Below are positions 18,127-28,589 of a stretch of DNA of 64,000 nucleotides, in pieces. A program made the translations under genes and the position numbers. Source of the DNA: an uncultured virus (IMG/VR IMGVR_UViG_3300030117_002316) (Duplodnaviria; Heunggongvirae; Uroviricota; Caudoviricetes); the IMG/VR virus record IMGVR_UViG_3300030117_002316, positions 1 to 64,000 of that record; one strand, given 5' to 3'. The notes below the pieces were generated by a model that had not been told where the DNA came from, did not search any database, and saw nothing but the letters and a program-made list of their open reading frames with translations. Positions within the stretch are counted from its first letter, which is position 1. Each line of letters starts with the position of its first letter.

Positions 18127-18662
18127 TAAAAAATACTTCAAAAAAATATATCTTTCAAGAGACTGAAGTGTCTGTTGTGTTTTACAATATGTCGGAGTAC
18201 AATAGATCTCCTGATGCAATCAAGGAACCGTTATGGATTCGTATAGGATATTACATAATTTCCATAGTTAACTTGACAAGGATGCATCACTGTGGTATAA
18301 TTTTCTCTAGGGGAAACGAGTCTATTGCATCGGTAACTCCTAAAACACGACGAGCAAAATTTATAGATGAAAACATTCTTCATAAAATATATTACAAGCC
18401 AAGTAAAACAATTAATTTAGGTAAGGCATATGTTTCTTTACAACAAATGAATGACTATATTAAAACGCCCTATGTGGGGAACTTACCCAGTGTAATGTTA
18501 TGGTATTTTATTACCAAACCTTTCTTGGTTTTTAAACCATTACAACCAAAGACTTGTTCTTTGTTAATTTCAAATATGTTAAGACTATGTGGTTATAATG
18601 TAACCGACTGTGTTACACCAAAGAGACTACATAAGGAGTTAAATAAATTATGCAGATCATAG
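18123..18662 (+). CDS. Hypothetical protein, possible permuted papain-like (His before Cys) hydrolase
   Basis: HHCGI ... KTCSLLI ... TPKRL pattern; AT-rich. Confidence 0.5.
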   Translation: MIKNTSKKYIFQETEVSVVFYNMSEYNRSPDAIKEPLWIRIGYYIISIVNLTRMHHCGIIFSRGNESIASVTPKTRRAKFIDENILHKIYYKPSKTINLGKAYVSLQQMNDYIKTPYVGNLPSVMLWYFITKPFLVFKPLQPKTCSLLISNMLRLCGYNVTDCVTPKRLHKELNKLCRS

Positions 18663-19375
18663 TAATTGCTGGACAGGCTGGAGTAGGGAAGACAACACTC
18701 GCAAACTACATTGCTGAGTATGCTTTCAACTTTGGACTGATACCTAAGATAATGTCGTTTGCTGGTCCCCTTAAGGAAGAGGCTGCCGCAAAGGGATACG
18801 ATAAAGAAACCCACCCAAAAGAATACAGAGAGTATTGTCAAACAGTAGGATTGCAGAAGAGGGAGGATGACCCTGATTACTGGGTAGAAAAATTTGAAGA
18901 TCAGTTAGAAGAACTGGCGATCCAAGAAACAAAAGATCTTAGAGCTGGTAAATCTTATTGGGAAAAGTGTGTCATCGTAGATGATTGTAGGTTTTTAAAC
19001 GAACTAAACATGGGCTGTAAGTGGAACGCTAGGCTTATATTCATGTGCTATGGTGAGCGAGAGATGCAAGATCCTAATGGTGAATGGAGAACTCACGAGT
19101 CAGAGCAGCTTGCAAATAAGGTTGTTGAAGGTGACGAAGAGTATAGAAATAAGTTTACACATATTCTAATCAATAATAAAACCGAAAAGGAACTTAGGGA
19201 AAAGACTGAGTTTATGGCTCCAATTTGGTGTGGTGTTGAGCATGAGTCAGGTACAGATGAAAAGCCAACGCTCTCCGATTACATAGAGGAAATACTTGAT
19301 GTACTTATGATGGAGGACATAGATGAAGAAGCGGAAGAAGAAGCCAGCGAAGATCAGCAGTACGATTCCGACTAA
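18650..19375 (+). CDS. Deoxynucleoside monophosphate kinase-like protein
   Basis: GQAGVGKT, SFAGPLK, DDCRFLNE, HESE motifs. Confidence 0.85.
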   Translation: MQIIVIAGQAGVGKTTLANYIAEYAFNFGLIPKIMSFAGPLKEEAAAKGYDKETHPKEYREYCQTVGLQKREDDPDYWVEKFEDQLEELAIQETKDLRAGKSYWEKCVIVDDCRFLNELNMGCKWNARLIFMCYGEREMQDPNGEWRTHESEQLANKVVEGDEEYRNKFTHILINNKTEKELREKTEFMAPIWCGVEHESGTDEKPTLSDYIEEILDVLMMEDIDEEAEEEASEDQQYDSD

Positions 19376-20108
19376 GGCTTATCTCGATGGAGATATATTA
19401 CTATACAAAGCAGCGTTCTGGGCTGACTCAGAGGATCCTGATAGAATACCAGAGAAGGTTGCTAAGGATATAAAGAAGTGGACACCTGATGGAACATCTG
19501 ATATTTATATTATGCTGTCTTGTAGCCGCGACAATAACTTTAGACGAACTATTTGGCCTAAGTACAAACTGTTTAGGGACGATCTCTATAGGCCTGAGTA
19601 TCTTGATACTGTTCGTGAGCATATACTGGACAATTACAAATGCAAGCAATATGATACTATTGAAGCTGATGATCTTATGGGAGTATATGCGTCTTCTGGA
19701 AGAGGTATTGCAGTAACTATTGATAAAGATTTGAAGGGTGTGACAGGCTGGCATTACAATCCAGACAAGGACTCCAAGCCAAGATATGTTTCCCCCGAAG
19801 AGGCTGAAAGATTCTTCTGTCAGCAGTGGCTTACTGGCGACAGCACTGATGGCATCCCCGGACTATGGCGAGTCGGCCCGAAAAAGGCAGACAAGTTCTT
19901 AGATGAGTGGGAAGAAGAAGGACTAGATTGGCATGAGCAGATTATGGCTATGTATGAGATAGAGAAGTATCAGCCCAAGGATACCTGTGGATTGGATCCC
20001 AAAGAGCTGGCGGTGGTCATGGGGCAGTGTGTTAGAATACTGTCAAATGAAAATTTCAATTTAAAAACAAAGGAATTAACCCTTTGGACCCCTAAAGTTG
20101 GGGTATAA
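19323..20108 (+). CDS. 5'-3' exonuclease (T7 gp6-like)
   Basis: LDGD, EADD, DKD, GDSTDGIPG motifs. Confidence 0.93.
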   Translation: MKKRKKKPAKISSTIPTKAYLDGDILLYKAAFWADSEDPDRIPEKVAKDIKKWTPDGTSDIYIMLSCSRDNNFRRTIWPKYKLFRDDLYRPEYLDTVREHILDNYKCKQYDTIEADDLMGVYASSGRGIAVTIDKDLKGVTGWHYNPDKDSKPRYVSPEEAERFFCQQWLTGDSTDGIPGLWRVGPKKADKFLDEWEEEGLDWHEQIMAMYEIEKYQPKDTCGLDPKELAVVMGQCVRILSNENFNLKTKELTLWTPKVGV

Positions 20109-20129
20109 AGTATAAAGGAGAGAGGTTAC

Positions 20130-22040
20130 ATGGATAACTTCGAGCAGTTTATTGTAAAGAGTAGGTATTGTAAGTGGCTTCCTGAGCATAATAGACGGGA
20201 AGACTGGTCTGAAACGGTAAGTAGATACATGAGATATATGATGAACCGTTTTAGTCTCGACTGCACTGACAACGATATCCTAGATATCTGGAGTGCTGTT
20301 GAAAACAGAGAGGTTTTCCCCTCTATGAGAGCCTTGATGACCGCTGGTCCTGCTGCTGACGTTGATGATGTGTGTTTGTATAACTGCTCTTATGTTGCTG
20401 TAAACGAGATCCGTTCTTTTAGCGACATCATGTATATCCTGTGCTGTGGTACGGGCGTAGGCTTCTCTTGTGAATCTGAAAATACAGACCAGCTTCCAGA
20501 AATCCCAGATGAAATTGTCAGGGATATGGGTACTACTATTGAAGTACCTGATTCTAGAGTTGGGTGGGCTGATTCTTTTAAGGAGTTGATTACTTTACTC
20601 TACGAAGGGACTCACCCAACGTGGGATACCTCAAAGATACGCCCTGCTGGAGCTAGGCTCAAGACCTTTGGCGGCAGGGCTAGTGGACCAGAGCCACTGG
20701 AACGTCTCTTCAGGTACACAGTCAAGGCTTTCATGAATGCCCGAGGCCGTAAGCTTACCTCTCTTGAAGTACACGATATCGTATGCTTGACTGGTGAGAT
20801 TGTTATTGCTGGTGCTGTTAGACGGTCGGCTTTGATTTCTCTTAGCGATCTTCACGACAGAGACATGGCAACTGCCAAGTCTGGTCCGTGGTGGGAAGCA
20901 TCCGGTCATCGTAGTCTTGCAAATAACTCTGCCGTCTACGATAAGAAGCCATCACTTAGTGAGTTCATGAACGAGTGGGCTACCATGTATGAATCTCGAA
21001 GTGGAGAGCGTGGTATTTGTAACCGACAATCATTGTCTTGGCTTGCTGAAAGAAGTGGAAGACGTACTGAAGATATTAGCTTTGGTACTAATCCGTGTAG
21101 TGAGATTATCTTACGGCCCAAGCAATTCTGTAATCTTACTGAAGTAGTTGTTAAGCCAGAAGATACACTAGAAACTCTCTCAGAGAAGGTTAGATATGCT
21201 ACAGTTCTTGGTACAATCCAGTCTGGATGTACTAAGTTCTCATATCTTGATAATGACTGGAAAGAAAACTGTGAGGAAGAGCGTCTACTAGGTGTGTCTT
21301 TTACCGGCATCTTTGATAACAAGCTCATGTCAGGTCAGCGTGGTTATCCAAAGCTTAGGTATGCACTGAAGAAGCTTAAAGAAGTTGCTGAGGAAACCAA
21401 TTTAATATGGGCTGATCGCCTTGGTATTACGCCAAGCAAGGCTATTACTTGCTGTAAGCCAAGCGGAACTACCTCCTGCGTGGCCGGTACTTCCTCAGGT
21501 ATGCATCCAAGATACAGCGAATTCTATATTCGTAGAGTTAGAGTAGATACCAAGGATCCTATCTGTCAGTTTATGATGGATCGTGGTATTCCACATGAGC
21601 CTTGTTCTGCAAGAGCTGAAGCTACTATGGTATTCAGCTTCCCAATGCAGTCACCAACTGGCTCAATTACTCAAGGTGACTTGGATCCTATTGATCATTT
21701 GGAGTTGTGGTTGGAGTACCAAAAGAACTGGTGCGATCACAAACCATCTATTACTGTATCGTATACCGATGACTCCTTCCTTAAGGTAGGTCAGTGGGTA
21801 TGGGAAAACTGGGACTATGTAAGTGGGATCTCTTTCCTTCCTTATAGCGATCATGTTTATGAGCAAGCTCCGTTTGAACCTATTGGTGCTCGAGATTTTA
21901 ATATGATGAAGAGTGAAATGCCAAAGGATATTGATTGGTCAGAGCTTACAACTTATGAAACAGAAGATACAACAATTCAAACCCAGACTTTAGCTTGTAC
22001 CGGGGGCTCATGCGAAGTCGTAGATTTAGTGGAGTCTTAA
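20130..22040 (+). CDS. nrdJ: Class II (B12-dependent) ribonucleotide reductase
   Basis: PSMR, NCS, GTNPCSEI, KPSGT, C-terminal CTGGSCE; no small-subunit gene seen. Confidence 0.93.
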   Translation: MDNFEQFIVKSRYCKWLPEHNRREDWSETVSRYMRYMMNRFSLDCTDNDILDIWSAVENREVFPSMRALMTAGPAADVDDVCLYNCSYVAVNEIRSFSDIMYILCCGTGVGFSCESENTDQLPEIPDEIVRDMGTTIEVPDSRVGWADSFKELITLLYEGTHPTWDTSKIRPAGARLKTFGGRASGPEPLERLFRYTVKAFMNARGRKLTSLEVHDIVCLTGEIVIAGAVRRSALISLSDLHDRDMATAKSGPWWEASGHRSLANNSAVYDKKPSLSEFMNEWATMYESRSGERGICNRQSLSWLAERSGRRTEDISFGTNPCSEIILRPKQFCNLTEVVVKPEDTLETLSEKVRYATVLGTIQSGCTKFSYLDNDWKENCEEERLLGVSFTGIFDNKLMSGQRGYPKLRYALKKLKEVAEETNLIWADRLGITPSKAITCCKPSGTTSCVAGTSSGMHPRYSEFYIRRVRVDTKDPICQFMMDRGIPHEPCSARAEATMVFSFPMQSPTGSITQGDLDPIDHLELWLEYQKNWCDHKPSITVSYTDDSFLKVGQWVWENWDYVSGISFLPYSDHVYEQAPFEPIGARDFNMMKSEMPKDIDWSELTTYETEDTTIQTQTLACTGGSCEVVDLVES

Positions 22041-22271
22041 ATGCAACACACAGTACAAACTATTCAAAGAAAACTTCATCTTAATGCCCAGATAAGTCCT
22101 TCAGAAGTTCTTATTGTTCTTAAGGATATTATCAGTAGGATTGATAAGTTAGAAAAGGAAATAACTAGTGAAGAAACTAGAACAGAGACAACTAAGCCTC
22201 ATAGACGAAAATCTAGTAAGGTATCTGAGGGAGAAGTATCCCCCGATAGTTTACCGACAGGATCAGAATAG
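22041..22271 (+). CDS. Hypothetical protein
   Basis: ORF abutting the RNR stop. Confidence 0.55.
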   Translation: MQHTVQTIQRKLHLNAQISPSEVLIVLKDIISRIDKLEKEITSEETRTETTKPHRRKSSKVSEGEVSPDSLPTGSE

Positions 22272-22365
22272 CTCTGACTTCTTGAACGAGTCCATCTTCC
22301 GTGCTGGACAGATTGATGTCATAGAAAAAATAGAGGCAATTTATAAGTCACAACGAAAGGGGTAA
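22168..22365 (+). CDS. T7 gp6.5-like small protein
   Basis: LVRYLREKYP...FRAGQIDVIE pattern and position before virion genes. Confidence 0.6.
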   Translation: MKKLEQRQLSLIDENLVRYLREKYPPIVYRQDQNSSDFLNESIFRAGQIDVIEKIEAIYKSQRKG

Positions 22366-22368
22366 CAC

Positions 22369-22908
22369 ATGGGATTTTTCAGTGATTTATTTGGTGGAAG
22401 CAAGAGAAAGAGTAAAGAAAGAGACTATTGGAAGGCAGAAGCTACTCGAATGACGACATATGCTCATGGTCTTGCTGCTGAAAACCAAGCTAGAATAAAG
22501 ATGGCTGATGCAAATGCTAGAGCTAGAGCAGCCGAAAGAAGAAATTATGAGACGCAGGCTAGGAAATCTAATCAACAGCTGCAAAGAATGAGAGCACAAC
22601 ATAATGCTACAGTTAGGCGAGCTAACCAAAGAATGGAACAACAAAGAGCTACCTTTACAAGACAAGCTAAAGAAGCAAGAATTGCTAGAGAGAAATTTGC
22701 TTTTGCTCAATCAGCAGTAGAAGACCGTAAGGTTAAAACAGCTAAACTTCAATCTAAAAGAGAACAGGTCGTTACACCCAGTGTTACTGGACAACAAAGA
22801 AAGCAACAAGGTTCTCTTTTAGCACAAAGGACAAAGCCTCGTAGAAGAGTAGTTGGAAGTAAAAGAAAGAGGGGATACGGCGGTACTAATACTCGCCGTC
22901 CTCGTTAG
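22369..22908 (+). CDS. Putative virion/assembly protein
   Basis: MGFFSDLFGG start, basic coiled-coil, position upstream of portal. Confidence 0.55.
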   Translation: MGFFSDLFGGSKRKSKERDYWKAEATRMTTYAHGLAAENQARIKMADANARARAAERRNYETQARKSNQQLQRMRAQHNATVRRANQRMEQQRATFTRQAKEARIAREKFAFAQSAVEDRKVKTAKLQSKREQVVTPSVTGQQRKQQGSLLAQRTKPRRRVVGSKRKRGYGGTNTRRPR

Positions 22909-22919
22909 GAGATACCGGT

Positions 22920-23321
22920 ATGGGAACAAAAGTAGGAGGAGGAATGCCTGCCCCTCAAGCATCAGAAGATAAATATGGGTATGAACCAATGACCTTTGAG
23001 CAACACTCTTTGTTGTTAGAAAAAGAAGCAGAACTTGCAGCTGCTCGAGATGAAAGTCAAAGAGAGTTTATGTTAGAGCAAGAAGAGATGAGAATACAAT
23101 TAGAGGAAACTGAAAGACTTCAAGTGGTTCAAGAAGAGCAGGCTATTGAGCGTGAGCAAATGAGACAGGAACAAGAGGCTGCTGGAGAACCTGTTACTGC
23201 TGACACCATACAAGAAATAGAAGGTGACGTTGACGATGTTGTTGCTAATATGTTCGAAGCTCTTCTGGGTGGTGTCGAAGCCAGTGGTGAAGAGGACTAT
23301 TCAGAGCCTCAACCTGAATAA
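22920..23321 (+). CDS. Putative virion/assembly protein (acidic coiled-coil)
   Basis: MGTKVGGG start, position upstream of portal. Confidence 0.55.
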   Translation: MGTKVGGGMPAPQASEDKYGYEPMTFEQHSLLLEKEAELAAARDESQREFMLEQEEMRIQLEETERLQVVQEEQAIEREQMRQEQEAAGEPVTADTIQEIEGDVDDVVANMFEALLGGVEASGEEDYSEPQPE

Positions 23322-23332
23322 GGGAAAATCAA

Positions 23333-24928
23333 ATGGAAAATATTGCAGACAGATTTAAGATACTTGATTCTTTGAGAGATAGTAAACTCCAAAGAGCAAG
23401 ATACTGTGCATCCTTGACAGTACCCTCAATTTTACCGCCAGAAAATTGGACAGAACAGGACCAGTTACCCCAACCTTTCAGTTCAGTTTCTGCAAGAGGA
23501 GTCACTGCAATGGCTAGTCGAATGCTATCTGCATTACTTCCTTTAAACGACATGCCTTTCTTTAAGTTTGATTTAGCTTCGGGTGTTACAGCTGAGCCTG
23601 AGATTAATGACTACTTAGAAAACCTTAGTTTTCAAGTATACAATAAACTATCAAGCAACAACATTAGAGAATCTATTTATCAAGCACTTCAGCATTTAAT
23701 TGTTGTTGGTGATGTCATGTTAATCATGGGCGATGATATGTCCTTTAGATTAATTAGATTAGATAGATTTGTTTGTCGCCGGGATGTATACGGAAACTTA
23801 GAAGAAGTAATCTATATTGAATATGAAACTCTTCCTGAAGTTGTAAACGATAACATGACTCTACATACAGGCCAATCAATAGGCGAGCATGATCGTAAAG
23901 GTTACCGTGCAATTTATACTGCTGCATGGAAAGAAGGGGATGTCTGGAAAGTTCTAAAGCAGGATGGAGATAACAACACTATAGAGACAGGGGAGTACAC
24001 TGTTCCTCCGTTTGTTGTTCTTAGGTGGTCTGGAATACCCGGTGAAAACTATGGTCGCTCTCATTGTGAAGATGTGATTGGAGATATCAAAACACTGGAA
24101 GGATTTACTGAGGGACTGATACAAGGTATTACCGCCTCCTCTATATTCTGGATAGGTGTTGACCCTACGGGCATGGCTGAGATAGATGACATAGCTCACT
24201 CTGCTACAGGTAATTTTGTTTCTGCACGGCCTAACGAAATACATACAGTATCTCCTGCGACTACTATGAATCCTCAAATTGGATCGGTTCAAACTGGCGT
24301 TGAGATTCTTAGGGGAGAAATAGGTAGGGCTTTCCTACTTAACTCTTCTTCCATGCCTCAAGGAGAAAGGGTTACAGCTACCGCTGTCAGAATGATTGGA
24401 CAAGAATTGGAAAACGTTCTTGGTGGTGCTTTCTCTGCCATCGCTAGAGATCTAATGAAGCCAGTCGTTGCTCGTACTGTCTTTATTATGACTACTAATG
24501 GAGACATAGATGCGAGAGTTAGAGAATTATTTATGACTGAAGAGGGAGTCTTAAACGTAGAAATCGTTACAGGTCTTCAGGCATTGAGTAGAGACAGCGA
24601 TCTCCAAAAGCTTATGCAAATGGGAGAGATGGTTAGGAACTTGCCTGAGCCAGCCGTCGCTACGTTTAGGTGGGATGCTTATGGTAAAGCTTTAATCACA
24701 TCTCTTGGGTTTGATTCAAGTCATTGGATTAAATCAGAAGAGGATGTACAAGCAGAGCAAATGAAAGCTGCACAGCAGCGTGCTCAGATTGAAGGACACC
24801 AGCAGTCTCAAGCTATGGGGCAGCAGGCTGTTACTCAGTTTATGCAGGCTGCGGCTATGAAAGACTTAGATGAAACTGGTGGAGAAGAAGTAGCTGCTGC
24901 TATACAACAGATGGGAGGCATGGCATGA
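23333..24928 (+). CDS. Portal (head-tail connector, T7 gp8-like)
   Basis: SVSARGV, GENYGR, ERVTATAVR, ELENVLGG, TGLQALSR motifs. Confidence 0.96.
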   Translation: MENIADRFKILDSLRDSKLQRARYCASLTVPSILPPENWTEQDQLPQPFSSVSARGVTAMASRMLSALLPLNDMPFFKFDLASGVTAEPEINDYLENLSFQVYNKLSSNNIRESIYQALQHLIVVGDVMLIMGDDMSFRLIRLDRFVCRRDVYGNLEEVIYIEYETLPEVVNDNMTLHTGQSIGEHDRKGYRAIYTAAWKEGDVWKVLKQDGDNNTIETGEYTVPPFVVLRWSGIPGENYGRSHCEDVIGDIKTLEGFTEGLIQGITASSIFWIGVDPTGMAEIDDIAHSATGNFVSARPNEIHTVSPATTMNPQIGSVQTGVEILRGEIGRAFLLNSSSMPQGERVTATAVRMIGQELENVLGGAFSAIARDLMKPVVARTVFIMTTNGDIDARVRELFMTEEGVLNVEIVTGLQALSRDSDLQKLMQMGEMVRNLPEPAVATFRWDAYGKALITSLGFDSSHWIKSEEDVQAEQMKAAQQRAQIEGHQQSQAMGQQAVTQFMQAAAMKDLDETGGEEVAAAIQQMGGMA

Positions 24929-25350
24929 GTATTGAAAAACAACCCAATCAGTTTGTAACAAGATCCCAAGGAGCAATAGCAGCTGTAAGCTCTACCAATA
25001 CCTCGTCCGCATTAGCGGGAGCTACCAACAGCATTAGAAGTAATACAATAACAGATAATTTAAATGGTAAGACTTTACATCTGTGTGTTGATATTACTAC
25101 AGCTTTCAACTCTGCTTCAAATGTTGCAGTATCTGTAGAAGGATCTTTAAACGATGAGGATTATGTAGTTCTTGCTACGCCAGAAACTAACATTGGACCT
25201 AATGTTGTTGGTCCGAGATTCTATAGTATAGATCTAACAAAAATAAATGGAATACCTTACTTCACTGTACATTTCAATGGTGGTGTAGGTATCTCTTCAG
25301 CATCAATTGGAACATCGGGAAAGCTTACTATCTCGTATTACACTACTTAA
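24925..25350 (+). CDS. Beta-rich putative virion accessory protein, paralog 1
   Basis: Aligns with next ORF (NLxGK, EGS, PNV, DLT, IPYF.xHFN). Confidence 0.6.
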   Translation: MSIEKQPNQFVTRSQGAIAAVSSTNTSSALAGATNSIRSNTITDNLNGKTLHLCVDITTAFNSASNVAVSVEGSLNDEDYVVLATPETNIGPNVVGPRFYSIDLTKINGIPYFTVHFNGGVGISSASIGTSGKLTISYYTT

Positions 25351-25361
25351 GGAGCTAGATA

Positions 25362-25775
25362 ATGGCAGTCGTGCAAATTTCAGATACTACTTGGACTAGT
25401 AGTACAGTCAATAGTCAAACATTATATACGTCGGCAACGTCTCAGGCTGTAACTAGTACTAATAGTCTCGTGTCTGGAAATATTACTAGCAATTTATCAG
25501 GTAAGAAAGTTCTTATTTCTCATACAATTGCTACTGGGTATGCTGATGTTGCTGCTACTTTAACTTTAGAGGGCTCTTTTGACGGAACTAACTGGGGAAC
25601 TTTAGTTACTCTAGATTCTGATACCCAGCCTAATGTTGCAGCCACAGAAGTATATGTAGCAGACTTAACAGACTACACTTCTATTCCTTATTTCAGGATT
25701 CATTTTAATGCAGGTGCTGCTAACTTAGGTAGTACTAGTGCAACTTCAACATTTAAGTACGCATACACTGCTTGA
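25362..25775 (+). CDS. Beta-rich putative virion accessory protein, paralog 2
   Basis: AAGGAG RBS; paralog of the previous ORF. Confidence 0.6.
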   Translation: MAVVQISDTTWTSSTVNSQTLYTSATSQAVTSTNSLVSGNITSNLSGKKVLISHTIATGYADVAATLTLEGSFDGTNWGTLVTLDSDTQPNVAATEVYVADLTDYTSIPYFRIHFNAGAANLGSTSATSTFKYAYTA

Positions 25776-25785
25776 TAGGTGACCT

Positions 25786-27372
25786 ATGGGTACATATACT
25801 CCTACTAAACAACTGGCTTCTACCGCAGCAGTAAGAGCAAAGGAATGGACTTTAGATGATCCTTTAGTTAGGTTGGAGATTTCTGGAAGTATTCCCGATC
25901 CTATTACATATACTGAGGACAATACAACACATACTGTAACAGCCGGAAACTCTGCCACTACTACTTCAGTTGGAAATGGTTGGATTGAATCGGGTAAAAC
26001 TTATTTGTTATTAGTTACTCTAAGGTATCAAATCAATGATATTAATGATACAATTAAAATAAGGATGTTAGAACGAAGTACAGGTAGTAATGTTGAAATG
26101 AGTGGTAGTATGTTAGTACATCAAAGAAGAGCTTCTGCTCCAGACGCAAACCATTATATGACATATAACTATGTTACAAAGTTTACTGCCAGTTCTAGTA
26201 GTACAAACGGTCCCATTGCTGAGTTAGAACAAGCAAGCGGAACCGCTGATGTTACTCAAGGATATGCTCAGATGATTCTATTTGATTTAACTAATCTAAA
26301 AGAAGGTAATGACTACTTCTTTGAAGAAGACGCGACAGACAGTGAGAACGGGACATCAGCTGCGCTTAAGGAATCCTGTACTCTCAACCTTACCGCAGAC
26401 AATAAAGGTGCTTGGTTATTAGGATCTAGCTTACAATACAAAGCTGGTCATTCTACTTGCGGCAGCTATAACTTTTCAACAATTATTTCTGACCAAGACG
26501 GGAATGTTTTTAATTCAGAAGCCATTCTTCACGATCCCAGATGGCCTGATGAAGAAAATGTTTTAAACTTTATGACTGTTGTAAATAATGATTTAAGCGA
26601 TTCCTCTTGGACAATAAACATGTATTCGTCAGATGAAAATACTGCTATTGGAAGAGGAGCAAGTCAAAACATTACCCAACACAGCAAGGCTTGGGGTATT
26701 CGTTTAGATAGGTTTGTTAGTACTACTTTTAGTTCAGACATTTCTGCAAATACAAGCACTGCTAATGATACAAAGACTACTGCTATTGAACTTACTTCTG
26801 TTCCTGTTAAGTATGCTTCTCCTAAGTTTTTAGTTTTTCAGGGAGGGGTTGCAAATCTTCCGGACACGGGTACTTGGAGAGACAAGCAACGACTTCTTAC
26901 TGATGTCCAGTGGAAGATAAACGGTGGAACTTATGCTCGGTTTGGAGACGCAGACCAGTACAATATCAGTACTATGAGGTGGAAGGGTGATACAACCTTA
27001 AGTGCTGACTTTGATAATAACGTTGGTTGGTATTCTTTTGTTCCCCCTCCTACGTTAAGTAGTGTTTCTGCTGGAGATACTCTTAGTTTTAAATTAGAAC
27101 TAGCTAAGACAGACGTAACTGCTGACGAAGAAGAAGCTGTCGAATGTACTGATATGTTTTTAGCTGTTGTAGAGTTACCTACTAATACAAATAGAGAAGC
27201 CGATCAACTAGACCAATATAGTTTAAAGGCCAATCACGAAGAACTTATTGTCGGTCCCACTACCTTGCAAAGATGTATTGATACTAGAAATAAAATGCTG
27301 AACGTTCGGGGCTTTCGTTTTCCAGAGAGGTGGGACACACTCTGGACTATAGATACCTCAGAAAAATTATAG
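25786..27372 (+). CDS. Putative virion structural protein (S/T-rich, beta-rich)
   Basis: 528-aa ORF in head module. Confidence 0.55.
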   Translation: MGTYTPTKQLASTAAVRAKEWTLDDPLVRLEISGSIPDPITYTEDNTTHTVTAGNSATTTSVGNGWIESGKTYLLLVTLRYQINDINDTIKIRMLERSTGSNVEMSGSMLVHQRRASAPDANHYMTYNYVTKFTASSSSTNGPIAELEQASGTADVTQGYAQMILFDLTNLKEGNDYFFEEDATDSENGTSAALKESCTLNLTADNKGAWLLGSSLQYKAGHSTCGSYNFSTIISDQDGNVFNSEAILHDPRWPDEENVLNFMTVVNNDLSDSSWTINMYSSDENTAIGRGASQNITQHSKAWGIRLDRFVSTTFSSDISANTSTANDTKTTAIELTSVPVKYASPKFLVFQGGVANLPDTGTWRDKQRLLTDVQWKINGGTYARFGDADQYNISTMRWKGDTTLSADFDNNVGWYSFVPPPTLSSVSAGDTLSFKLELAKTDVTADEEEAVECTDMFLAVVELPTNTNREADQLDQYSLKANHEELIVGPTTLQRCIDTRNKMLNVRGFRFPERWDTLWTIDTSEKL

Positions 27373-27382
27373 GGAGGGGAGA

Positions 27383-27586
27383 ATGGACGCCAACGGTTGG
27401 GATCAATATAAAAAGCTGGTTATCCACGAGCTAGAACGTAACAATAATAGACTAGAAAAACTTGACCAAAGGTTAGCGAGTATTGAACACAGGCTCGCCG
27501 TACTACATACGAAGATGTATGTCGCTGCCTTTGCGGCAAGTTGTATTTTAACCGCAGGATTAAACTTTATCTTTGCGGCACTTTAG
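27383..27586 (+). CDS. Small coiled-coil protein with C-terminal TM helix
   Basis: GGAGG RBS; hydrophobic C-terminus. Confidence 0.6.
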   Translation: MDANGWDQYKKLVIHELERNNNRLEKLDQRLASIEHRLAVLHTKMYVAAFAASCILTAGLNFIFAAL

Positions 27587-27629
27587 AAATCAGACTCTCG
27601 ACGGGGGAATAATCTGATAGGAGATTTTA

Positions 27630-28589
27630 ATGACCGAACAAACAAACGACTACGTGACTCCTCATTCCGAGGCTCAACCTGATCAATTACAGGAACAGAT
27701 TAACGAACAGGAACAATCACTAATTAACAATCCTGAAGACCTAGCTCAGCTGAAGGAGAGACAAGCCTTTGAAACATATGTTCAATCGTCTGGTAATAAG
27801 ATTCCGGAAAACTTTAAGGATGCTGGGGCATGGTTCGACAGCCTCAAGGAAGCGCAGAAGCAGTATACACAATCTCGACAGGAGATTGCGGACCTTAAGT
27901 CGCAGTATGCTCAGAACGGAATCCAGAATCCTGCTTACACAGAACAACCTCAACAGGAAGCACCTGCCCCCAAGGCAGAAGAAGCTCCTGTCACTGATGA
28001 ACTACGCATCCCCCCCGAGGTTCAGCAGGCTGCGGAAGAAGGAGCCAAGGTCAAGGGCGTCCCAGAAGAAGAGTATATGAGGTGGGGACGGGAGCTTGCT
28101 ACTACTGGTAGTTTGTCACCTGAAACAAGAACATCAATTAAACAATATACTGGCTTTACTGACGGTATGATTAATGATTATGAGAACGCCCAACATGCGA
28201 GGCTAAAGGCTAGATTTGATGAAGCCTCTACTGTTGTGGGTGGTCGAAAAGAATTAGATAAGATATTCAAGTGGGCAACCACTAGTTTAAGTAGAGAAGA
28301 AAGAGATTCGATTAATGCTGGATTGTCCTCTGCTCAGTATGATATTACTCTGAGAGGATTGGCTGCTAAGTATAACGAAGCGGTTGGGGCTCCAAAGGCC
28401 AAGGAACCCACCACAACCCCTAAGAACTTAGCATCTGTACCGGCCAGTGAAGCTGGCTATATTGGGTACAAAACTCAACGAGAGTTTAAGGCTGACAGAA
28501 ACAATCCGAGATATGCTACTGATATGAAATTCCGTGCTGCGGTTGAAGAACGAATGGTTCGAACCGACTGGAATACTCTACCTCAGTAG
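27630..28589 (+). CDS. Capsid scaffolding protein (T7 gp9-like)
   Basis: KIPENFK, VVGG...FKWA, C-terminal PRYATDMKFRAAVEER; position before capsid gene. Confidence 0.9.
   Translation: MTEQTNDYVTPHSEAQPDQLQEQINEQEQSLINNPEDLAQLKERQAFETYVQSSGNKIPENFKDAGAWFDSLKEAQKQYTQSRQEIADLKSQYAQNGIQNPAYTEQPQQEAPAPKAEEAPVTDELRIPPEVQQAAEEGAKVKGVPEEEYMRWGRELATTGSLSPETRTSIKQYTGFTDGMINDYENAQHARLKARFDEASTVVGGRKELDKIFKWATTSLSREERDSINAGLSSAQYDITLRGLAAKYNEAVGAPKAKEPTTTPKNLASVPASEAGYIGYKTQREFKADRNNPRYATDMKFRAAVEERMVRTDWNTLPQ

Noticed and set aside
20074..20100. AATTAACCCT...CTAAAG resembling a T3 promoter
   Set aside because: Spacing is wrong, it lies inside the exonuclease CDS and no second copy was seen; no consensus promoter for the canonical RNAP could be identified by eye
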